Under the pieces are notes generated by a model. The model ran no database searches and was not told the DNA's origin. It saw nothing but the letters and a program-made list of their open reading frames with translations. The position numbers and the translations under genes were made by a program. From NCBI GenBank assembly GCA_002633005.1, contig NMRA01000138.1:679963-743962 (forward strand): 64,000 nt of DNA. The letters are read 5' to 3'. Position 1 is the stretch's first letter. Each line of letters opens with the position of its first letter. Source of the DNA: Phoronis australis (taxonomy: Eukaryota > Animalia > Phoronida). Below are positions 25,501 to 37,500 of the stretch, piece by piece.

Positions 25501-28500
25501 ATGATTGCAAACATGTAATCACTTAATATGTAACCTTGTGATTAGTATTGGTTTGAAGTTTTTGCTTTTTGGAATTTAGTTGTGTGGCAGTACTTTGCTG
25601 AGTGGTTTGTGTATGTTTTATGCGATTCGTGCTAGATTTGTTTGTAGATAATCATTCCTATTTATAATTATCTTTGATGATAGTGTCGTACAAGTCATCT
25701 ACTTAAATCTATTGCGAATGTGATGCAGTGCGATGAATACGCATCTTATGTTTTTAATTCATTTTTTGCAGAGTTTCAACGTTTCCATGACAGCCAGATT
25801 GAGGTAATGCATAGCCAGCAACGAGAAGAAATTGATCGACTGAAGAAAGAACATGAAGATCAGCTGAAGAAAATTATGGTCAGTTAACGAATTTTTAATA
25901 AGAAGCATGAACATTAGTTGTCCACTCTCTTTTGTTTCCCGATCCTGAAATTTATAGATTGACATGTATGATTTGAATCAGTAGATATGTTGTTGTTTCC
26001 TTAGTGATAACCCTGTTCTGTGATTTGAGAACCTTGTGATAAGTATGCGTTGTGTTATTTAGTTTGCAGGACGGTACTCTTCTTCAGCTCCACACGAACT
26101 GGATGCCTGTGGGAGTCGCTTTGTCATTGTTGACCCTCTGCTGTCTTTTACTTTTCCATTTAAAGCAGATATGTCTGTTAGTAATGATATGGTGTTTCCA
26201 TGTTATCTTGTAGCTCATCATGTCAGTTGTAGGTGTATTAATTTTGTTTGAAGGAATTGGATGGTGTTGAGCATTTGCACAATTCATACAAGGTTCATTT
26301 ATAGGTGACTGCTGAGAACCATTTGATGCCTGTTATTCAGTGGAGAAAAGTCTTTTTGTCAAAATGCAGGCACGTTAAATGTGTGTGTCTGTGGTATGGC
26401 ACAAAACTGTCTTTGTTCTGAAATACCCTTTATTCAGTTTCTTGTTAAGCAGGGTGCTCACGGAATTTTAAAACAAAATGTAGCCAAGCAGTTTTTTTGT
26501 TAAAAACTTGTTGCAAATGGTTCATGTTTCATTGCTTTGTAGTTAATTTTTGTTGTTTGTGTTATTACTCTTGAATGTATGGAGTGTGATTCCAATGATA
26601 AAAAACATGATAGATTTAAGGTATTTGGCAGGACTGCTTGTCGTAGTTTGCCATTTTTGGTGTTAGTATTTGATATCGTTTTGTTGGACCATTTGGGATA
26701 TAAAGTTTATGCTCTTTAGAATATAGTAAAAAGGCAAAGGGTGAATGGTTGAGCTGTTCAAGACATTATTTCTAGTTTGGTGCTTGTCCAACAGGGTGAG
26801 AAGTGTAACATTAACTCATCAACGCAACAGATGGATTAGGTGGTTTTTAGAATTTTTTTCTGGGTGAGCTTGGTTTTCTTATAAAGTAGAAAGTTTATTA
26901 CAGTTCACTTTGCTACAACTGAAGCTTTGATTTTAACTGTGCTTAACAGCAAATTTAAGTGTCAGTGCTCCCATCAGATTTGGAGTTATAGTTCAGCATT
27001 TATCGCAAGGGGGCACTAATATAACATTTGGTCATGTGGCCTTGCTGTTTTTGTCAGTGCTTACTATCACAAATGGCAAGAACCTCTCCCTCTCCCCAGA
27101 TGGAAACTAGAACATCAACTTCACAAGCCAGCCTGTGATTGCCACGTTAGATGATGACGATGTACAAGAAAATGACATATTAAAAAACTTGACTCTTGAG
27201 CAAGCTAACAACCGGTCCAAACAAAGGCGGTATGGCATGACAAGAACTCGTTTTGCGTACACTTCATGTACAGTGAAACCAGAGAATACGTGGATAAATT
27301 GAAACAGAATACTTATACCACCAAAATAATTATAATTGTTGATACAAATTAATAACAAAGCAGGAATTAACAAAAAAGCAGGAAGCAACCCCTGCCAATG
27401 ACTCCGATGTCATCAAAGTCCAGTGTTCCCATTGTAGCGAAGCATTGGCGCTTCACTGTTAAATCCACCTCTTACTTCAGAGTTAACTTGCATTGTTAAC
27501 TTCGATTCAAGACTGATGTTAAAGGAAAATGCCACCTGATTTAATTAGTCTTTTTTGCCATCTTAATCGGTCTATATCCACTTCGCCTCGCATACGGTCG
27601 ACCTTATCTTGCCAAGAGGTGTCGCGTTAACCTGTGAGGAAGGTGAGAAACGACGTTAGCGACGTCAGTGGTTCATATGCAGAGTGAATGCCGCTATGTT
27701 GCGGTGCATCGTTCCCGCTTGTCCGAACTAAGCAGCTGCAAGGAAAGCGGGTATATCGTTTTTTTATACTTCCTCGAGACTCCGAAATGCTTAGGGAGGG
27801 GCTCATGGTAATGAAGAATGAAATGCACGCTGTAAATAGCAAGTATGAGGCCGTGAAACATCTCCGTGTCTGTGGCCTGCAGACGTCGACAGTGCCTGAC
27901 AAATGCTGGCTTACCAAATAACTCCATACGTTCCGTTGTCTGTGCTTGTTCACGGTGCCTCTCTAGTATTTATTCATCACTGTATTCCTGTTGGAATTGA
28001 TAGCCTGTAAAACTTAACGATCCACCTGCGAAGTCGGAACTGAGCTCTAGCTCGTCCTAAGTCGCCGGGGATTGCGAGTTGCCATGTTGGTGTTTATTAC
28101 TGAGCGTTCTGTTTCGAAATGAATTATTCTCACCCTAACCAATACTTATATAAAATTGAAACAAAGTCTGTCTCATTAGATGCAATTTGTAATGCTGTTG
28201 GAGTGTTCGTGAATGCAAATGATTTGAGAAGCCAGCAATGAATAAATCACTGCGTTACCGGCTTTATAAAACTAATTGACGGGACACCGAGGCCATGTGA
28301 GCTCATGCTAATTTAGTATTTGCTGGCAGAAACTGTTGTGAAACAACTCGATTTCCATCCCACGGCCAGGTGTTAGTGGAATCTTTATTTACATTTACAT
28401 TACTCAAATAATGATTGTCAATGTACAACTTCTGTCCTGACGGTGCTGTGGCCAAAGCGGAACCTGAGTTCGCGGCCCCCGAGGAGTAAGTAGAAAATTT

Positions 28501-31500
28501 GCAGTTTTGTGGCTAATTCACCAACATAATCAGTTGCACATTACTTTGGCTCACTAGTATAGTATTTTCTTGACTGGAAGTTTAGTTTCCACTGAACTTT
28601 GGCTGGTTTATGTTCGTGATGTCTGATCAGTTTCCGAGCCACTGGGCGGGATAACGACTCGGAGTCAATCCGGTCCGCGACGGGCCTGATCGGGCTCCGA
28701 GCCACTGGCCAGGATAACAAGCGTTTTGTGTTTAGAACTCAAAAAATCACAAGTCTAAACAACACAGATCTACGTTCTCCTGTCTGTATCTCACGGAAAT
28801 ACTTCGAAATTATCTCCGAACAGACCCCAAACTCCTGCTACGGACCTTATTGGCCTGTCGAACTTTGTAGGCTACGGTGTGTCCAAATACCAATAAATCC
28901 GTAAGAGCGAAATAAAACAACATGTTTTTATAAGAACTCGGTGTATTTTTAAGGGTTTTACATCGAAGTTTGATGATTTATTGGTGTTAAACGATGACTT
29001 CAAGCGATAAGTTGACACCAGTAACCAGTGTTGTTAACTGCTGAACAGACAGCGTGTGAAACCGATGAGGTCATTGGATAATTTAAACACCTCCGTCTGC
29101 CGTCAGGTGTCAGGTAACGCAACCGTACGTGTCGTTATGGAGTAGAACTACTCGATCTAAATTGATACAAATTAGGTTGTTTTTTGGGTGGCATGCTCCT
29201 TTAAGTGTTCCCATTGACGGAAGCTTCAACAACACCGAAGCTTCAGAGGCAGTGGGAAAGACCTTTCAATTTTTCTGCTAATTTTAATTAAAGCTGCATT
29301 TTGCTCATGTTTAGCTTTCAGTGTTGAAGCTGTTTGCTGTTTATATTACTACACTCATCCAATCTTGGGATGAATGAGCTGCCAACTCATAGTAATGCAT
29401 ACATGCGCCATTTTCAAATCTGCAATTTTAGATTTGAGCTAGCCCAATGAATTCTGAGGCATTTTCTTGAGTCGCTGGTGGTTTCAGTGTTCTTGTTGAT
29501 GACAGAAACCAAGTATTATCGTGGTATGAAATATTTCAGTATGAAACTAATCTTATAAGCATAAATTATAGACCTCATTCAATTTTATTTTTTTTCATCA
29601 GCCAAACAGGGTGAACTACAGCTTTAAAAGGAATCCTTCTCATTGAATACAGTCTTCATTTCATTCATAATCTTTGTAATTGTACACAATGCATGCTCAC
29701 GCGCGGACACAAAATATATAGATAATATGTTATTCAAGATAGCTCCATATGTTTGCTATCACAAGCAGTACGTTCAATAATTAGAACATTCAATGCATCC
29801 AGTGAAAGCAAAGCGCCATGCAATGTATGTAGTACATAAAGGTTCTTTATTTAAATCTTGCTTTTACGCATTTTCATCATGTTCAAGTGAAGTCCAGTGT
29901 TTGTATTGCGAAATTGTGTAGAGGTTTGATGCAAAAATGTCGCTGGGTTGTGACAAGGTAGCTTGAAGTAGAATTTACATTTCTCAACTTGTAAATAATC
30001 AATAGCTATGGCTTTTTACATGGAAGATGAACTAGATGAACTGCCAAATTACACAGATAAAATGCATATTATTTGCATTTCTGTTTCAGATTTTTCAAGC
30101 ATGTAGACGCTTGTGTTTACATTCTGTTTCATGTTTTTGAAAACCTATTTTTCTTCAAACACTTACAATGTACTGTGGCTGTTCGTTCATATTGTTTTGT
30201 TTTTGCATTGATTAGGTTGTTGGCTATAGAGAAGCGGTTTTGAAACTTGAGAAGGACTTGTGCAAGTGATTAATTGGAGAGTTGAAAAAACACAAACTAA
30301 TATCAAATTTCTATTAAATACATATGTATTGAGGAATTTTATTGTCTGGATTGCATTGCTTCATTAAAAATAAATTGGTTGTTGCTGAAAATCTATACTG
30401 TAATTTTCTCATTTAGTTGGCGCTCATTACAGTAGAAAGTGAAATTTTGTCAAAATGCTCAAGAAAGTTAAAAACAACATAAATTTGATTGTATTGTTGA
30501 CATCATTTGCTCTGTGTTCATAAAGCAACTCCTGGTAAAGCCTGTTATTTTAATTAAAACAGAAAAATGACAGTTCTGATCAGGATTTTGTGTAAACATT
30601 CTGTAGAATTATGGTATTTAGGATAAATAGTTAGAATGAATAGGTTTCACTGTTTGTGTTCACTGGTATTAAACTTGGATGGGAAAGCATTGTATATCAT
30701 ATTGAATCAACTGTCTTGATCTTGCTGCTTCTATTGTAAAAGGCAATGAAGCTTTCCAGTTTCTATACATTTGAATAAAGATGGTTCGTGAAAATTTAAG
30801 TATATTTTTTTAAATGTTCTTGAGCTTATAACTGAGCAACTATTCATCCTTAAAACATGTGAAAGGTTCAAATATTTTTAAAATTTCACATAGACGAAAT
30901 AAATCTCCATGAAAATAGTGTTATGTTAAAAATCCGGGTTTACGCAGTAACTTGCATTTGCTAGTTTTGGTAGCACTTGATATTTGCATCACTCGGCACA
31001 TGTGAGTAGTCCTCGTCACCTCAGCACATCTAATTCATGGTCATTTTGTAAACATGTGTGCACACATTTCTAAAGACTCCCTTCAGTCTGCCAAAATCAA
31101 TAGAGTGTGCTAGTTGTTGATTTTTGCTGGAGATGTATTTAGGCAATTTGCCTCAGGTTTACTGACTTGGTGAAAGGAACATTGTATTTACTGTTAGTTC
31201 ACCATTGAATAGAATAAAAAGACTTCTTACACATGTATTGTGCACCTTTTATCTGGTATACAGTATAACCTACATTCCATTTGTGTGCTTTTCAATATTC
31301 GAATGTACAGTTTTTGAATTGTATATCTCCACCTGCAATCTATCTTTATTTGACAAATAGCAAACCATCCATAATTGTAAAAAGATGTAATTTCATCTAG
31401 TTAAAATACTGTTGGTTTACTTTCCCCTGTTTGATTGACGGTCCAACCACCTGAGGGCTCTTTTCATACTGAGTGAGCCAATCTGCAGTCTTTTTATGTT

Positions 31501-34500
31501 CTGTTGATGGTAACCATGCTCTGACCTGGTCTCCAAGGCTCAGCCTCTTTTTGAATCAGCCGGGAGTCTGATTGGAGAAATGTGTCAACAGTATATGAGC
31601 TCTATAAGCAGACGTCAACGTAGACTTAAGTGTGTGAAGAATGGAAGTCTTGTTCTAGAGAAAGTTTAGGATTCATGCAGGTTTTGAGTTGTGAAGTGCT
31701 CAAGTGAACATATATCTTTCACCAAGAACACAGAGGCTGTATCTAATTTGGATTAATTACTCATAAGATGAATCTCCATTACTGAGAGTTGATAGTCTGC
31801 TGTGGATTCTTTGGAGTTTACCTCCTTGACTTTTCAAGTGGAATTTTATTTCAGTTTGAAAACTCAGAAAACCTTGGTTGTTTTGTTGGATACTGTGTGG
31901 ACATAAAGTTTGTATCCTAACTCCTGGCTACTTAGTTATCAAAGCTTGTGTTTACCTAGGGAATCAAAGTATTAATATTTCGATTAATCAATCCTATAAT
32001 GCAGATTAAAGACTTTGGCACATTTGGATTTTAGAGGCATTTTCTTAGCTCAACAGTTATCGTACATATTTAAAACATTTAATACCGTGCTAAATAAAAT
32101 CCGGATTAGGCTACATTTGTGGTTAATCACTAACCTAAGGTGTACACCAGACACAATCCTTTTATTACTTTAAATTCTTTTGGGCTTTTGTTTGATTTCT
32201 TTGAGACTTTGTCGAAATACTTTTTCTAAAAGTTCATTAACCTGTATTATTGGCATGAAAAAATTACACGCCGTTTTATCCAAGACATTACTGCAAAGTT
32301 ATTAGCAACGTATGCACGGCCATTTTATGATATTTGTGCACAGGTCTGGAGAAGGCATTGTAGTTTTTGTGATTTAACGCGAGGACCACTTAAAAACATT
32401 ATCAAGACATTACTTGCACACTGTCAATTGGAGAACTAAAATTGGACACACCTTTTTTCTTGATGCGTGACGTTGGAACAATGTTACTAAGATCGTCATT
32501 GGATATTGTGTGCGATGGTTAATGAAATGTGAAGTAAGGATGGCCATACAACTTGTACAATACAGAGACTTGAGGTCTCTCGTGGATACAACTGCACCGG
32601 TGTTTGAATACGAGGTATGGTATGACTATGTAGCTCACCTGTTGATTCCTTATTTGTTTAAATTATTTTAAAGCTGCAATTTGTCTTGCTCTGCTCATTG
32701 AAAATAGTATGAGGACTTTCACTTTTTCTAAAATTGACGATAGGATTCTATTTTCTTTACCAACAAGATTGAAACAATCTGCGACCTATAGAGTTATTTG
32801 GAGGTGGCCAGCCCTAAAATTGCAGATTCGAAAATGGCGCATGGTTGGTAATGGAAATTGTCCTATCACGGGAAGGAGTATTATGAGACTGATTTTATGT
32901 GAGTAAATGGTCCAGTTTGATTTTACATTTTTAGCCACCTAAGCATTGCAAAATGCAGCTTCAAGTAGAAGAATTTTTATGAGTAAAATTGACAATTTAT
33001 TTCATACTAGTCACTTACAGGGGTCTCGCATTTTGAGAAACAGTTTTGTCCACTGAACAGGTATTGAACTGGTTCTCAAAATGCGGGACGCTTGTAAGTG
33101 ACTTGCCTTTTAAGTCAAAGGATATTTGAATGAATTCAAATTAGCAATTTGGCTTAAAAGACAAATTTTAGTAATACAGGCAGCTAAAACACCTCACGTC
33201 TTATTAGTTACCGCTGTGAATGATTGGTGTAAGATTTGGTCTTTACTAACTAACATTTCCCCTTATGTTTATCACGCATCTACTTTTATGTTTTGTTTAT
33301 ACCTAGTATTGGTACTATTATTATATTTTATTAGTTGTTCTTTTTTGCTAAAATTTATATATTGACTTTTTTAAAAAAGGATTTTGCTGCTTGTATGGAG
33401 GTAATTGTTAAACATGTAAAAATGACAGGAATAGTAAGTTCTGTAAGTCTTGGTGCATATAACAATAACCTTGGTGAGTTGGTACAACTATAGTTTATGT
33501 ACATTACAAGGCGTACTGTTTAATTTCCAATTTATATATAAGGGTTTGTGTTTGATAAAATCACTGTCGTGGCAGTGTGGCATTTATAATCATTGAACTG
33601 AGCTCATGATCATGGCAAACTAATTCTGGTCCAAGGTGATAACAGGCCGGCTTGATAGATAAATGATTTTACCTTACCTATTATTACTTGCGGGTGTTTA
33701 CAAAATAACTCTGTGATATCGTTGCATATCTCCATTTCAAGATAAATTTCTGGCACTAGAGTGCATACATTTAGTTTTGATAAGAATTTGATATTGCAGA
33801 AAAATACTTTGAAGTATTCTTGTGTGTGACTGTTCACTGCTCAAAATTTCCACTAACATTCAGCCCATCAACACCTGATGTTCCACGAGTGTGAATTACT
33901 TGTTGGTAAAGAGATGCTTTTTACTCCATAAATATTACCTTGTGTCTTGAAAATGATGCTGTCAGGATACATGTTCTGTCTCTTCCTTTAAAATCATCAA
34001 CTTGGAGACATTTTGCAATTATAAAAATTCGTCTCCATTGCAGAAAAAAAAATTGTCAGGCCTGTACTTGATTGGCTTTTTCTCAATGATTTTTTCAACA
34101 GCATTCACCACTTGTGTTTGCTCTGTAAAAACCGATGTGCTTGGTATTTTATTATGCCTCAAGTTATGCGATGTGTTTTTAATGTGTCATATGTGTCGGA
34201 AATTAGTTATAAAAATATTTTGAAATAAGCCACCCCTTACAATATTTAGTTCATGTAAGCAGAGTAGTTGTTTAGCGTCTTTTGAAAAATATTGCTAATG
34301 GCATAACTATTGTATAAGTGTAGTACGCATTGGTGATTTCAGATAAATAACTTAACAAGTCTCTATTTCTGATAAATCTCATGGACAAATTGTTACCTTT
34401 AAGATTTTGTTTCCTTTATTTGTATGCCACTACATATTGATTTCTGTCCAGGACAGGACTTAGTGTACATCTAGATCTACAGTAGGAGAACAATTAGATT

Positions 34501-37500
34501 TAATTTGTTCTCTCAGCTGTGAGGTTCAGTCTTGCAAACCTGCAAATGATGTCAATATTTTCATGTAATGGACTGCAGAGGTGTCTGAAGCTTTAGTAAT
34601 GTGATTTGCAATTTGTTATTCAATCAATTAATAATGTAAACCGACAATCAAACAAAGAAGTGACGCATTTCTAATGTCACTACTAAAATATTCATTGATA
34701 TTTTTTGCTTTGCTGTTTTAACTAATGACACACTTATTGAATCTGGGATGTGTCTCGCTTTCAGTCGCTTTTGAATGCAGTTTACTAGTTGTGCTGGTTT
34801 TGATTGCACACAGGCACTTTGTACATGCTTTCCATTTATCAATTAATGGTGTTAAATTGTTCAATAATTGATTTGATTTGTTAACACCAGAAGCATAGTT
34901 AAATTTTTTTTTTCTTGTGGAATGTTTTGTTAGTTTTTCTTTCTCATTTTCATGCATTTAACCCCAAAGTAGTGGTGGTAAAATGCATTCTAACAGTAGT
35001 ATTGTTCATGCATTCTTAGTGAGGTGTTTGGAACTGGCTACTTACCGTAGTTAAATTACTAAACTTTTTCACCACACTAAATAAGTATGTCAGACTGAGA
35101 CCACTTGTTTCTTGAGCTCACCCTGCATTTTCTTCAGATTGGTATACATTTTTTCATTGTATAATACTTAGCAGTAATTTCATATGTTTTCATCCAAACT
35201 GGGAAATTTTAACAACATAAATGACAGGTGAAATAACTGATTTTTTTTTTATTAGACTCTGCTAACATGTGTGGCTAGTCACATGTCTGGGCTTCTCCAT
35301 TTCAAAGCTGCTGTTATGATCAATGGTGATTAACGTGCATTGTCATTTTGACAGGCAGTCATCTCTTCATTGCATAATTTCCTTTATTTAGCATATCTGT
35401 ATTACAGCTATTAAGCTTAGGAATTCCCTATCACCTGTCTCTGCCTGTGGCTAAGTTGGAGCCTGTATAGTTGCTCCTGAACCATGTATGTGTTATGTCT
35501 GCTCTAGTGTGTACATTTGTACTTTGTGTTAGCGATATCTTAGCTCATGTCAAAGGGACTGACAGTTGTTGAAGAGGATAGTGCTACTTGTCCATTGTAT
35601 ACACTGTTGATATTTGTACACTTAGATCTCCTAAATGGACTGCAAGTATATTGCTGCTCAGATTTCATTGTCATAAGTCTAAGAGTCTGAAGTTGTTTGA
35701 CCGCACAGGCTGCCACATGTATAATGCTACACAAAGATGATTTGTAGTATGGTGCTACACACAGCTGATCTGTAGTATGGTGCTACACACTTTATATGTT
35801 TGATAAACCCCATGTATATTCATGCATTATGTACAATATGATAATTACTACAATAAAAATTCTCCACTTTGGGACAATAAAAATTATTTTCCCTAAGGTC
35901 GGAACTTGTACCAAATTTTAGAAATAGACAATACTTGCCGTCCTAAACTCTTTGTTTACGACAGACAACAAACGATTATTTACCTCGACGTTACGCACTA
36001 TGGGTGTGTTTGATGACATTGCAGGTTTTTTCAACAGTTTATGCCACGTAAAGTTTTGATAAGTCAGCGTGATATTTTGAGAAATATGGATAACACCAAA
36101 CGTGCCCATTTCCCAATATTAAGAATAAAAAATTCAATTTCAGCTTAAATTTTTGTGTCCCATATTTTAGAGACTGTCCCAAACTGGAGAATTTTTACCA
36201 TAATATTGGAGCATGCTATGTTTCCTGGTGTATTAATGTGATGCTTGTATTTTTCCCTAGGATCTTGTTCATTGCTTTACTTATATGTCTGGTTTCTTAT
36301 TGACTTGGAAGTAACACAACTTCATGTATTGTTTGCATTTCTCAACAGAGTGAGCTGGAAGACACCAAGACTCAGTTGATGCATGCCGAGTTTAGAACAG
36401 TGAGTGTTGTCACACCCTATAGCACGCTTTCACTTGTACATTTATAGAATGCTGTCATGTTCTTTTGAGACCGCATGTACTTTACTGGTTACTATAAAAT
36501 ACTCAAGTGGATAATGCAATGCTGAAACAATGCACGGGTGGATGAAATTGTAGTTGATAGATCATGATTGAGTACAATGGTGCATTTCACAACAAAAGTG
36601 CAAATTAAAGAAGTGCATAGGACAACAGTCAGGACTTTGGCTGAACTTATCACTTTTCAAATTTTACTTGTTACACTTATTTACCCACCTCGCTGCAAAT
36701 TTGTCCAAAGTACATTGTTCAATGAAATTAACTTCTTTTCAAACATTGGAGAGCTGTAACATCGAAAGCAAGAATGACTTTCATATTGATGTGTGCATTG
36801 TCGATGACCGTTGCTTCCATTATCTACATTGTGTATTTCAGTATGAACACGTTTTCAAATGAACACAATGGCATTCCATACACACTGGCAAATGCTGTGT
36901 ACAGGAGCATATGTAGCATGCAGAATATAGTATACAGCTGCTGCTGGGACACATTCAATATATTAGGCCATGCTGCTAGTTGATATAAAACATCCAATGA
37001 GCCAATATGACTATAGTAAGGACGCTTTAACTCACTTCATGTAGAAAGTTTGCTTATTAATATTGCCATATTTACGTTTTTCAAAGTCTTGTTAAATGCT
37101 TCTTTGTTGCACAACTGTATGATGGACACCATGCTAATTAGGAAGTAAGTCTCAAAATAAAGCTTACATCATGTTTTGGACATATCCTCGCCTAAATTAA
37201 GGCATTTTACCCCACTTGCTGCTTTTAGTTTTTGTGCCTAATTCGGTGAAACACTTTTTACTTTGTGCTTCTTCACTTTCAAATTGATTACATTTTTCCA
37301 GGAATCCAAAGCACAGGTTTGACATGTGGTTTGACATGTGGTTAAAGTGTGTGCTTTCTTATTGAACACTGTGGCATTTTTGCTTGTTTTTAAGTACCAA
37401 AGTTGTGTGTTTTGAATTGTCAAAGTTGCATACAGTGCACAGTTTTTGGCAAGCGGTGGGCTCAGTTTCATACTGCTCCAAGGACATAAATGCAACTCGA

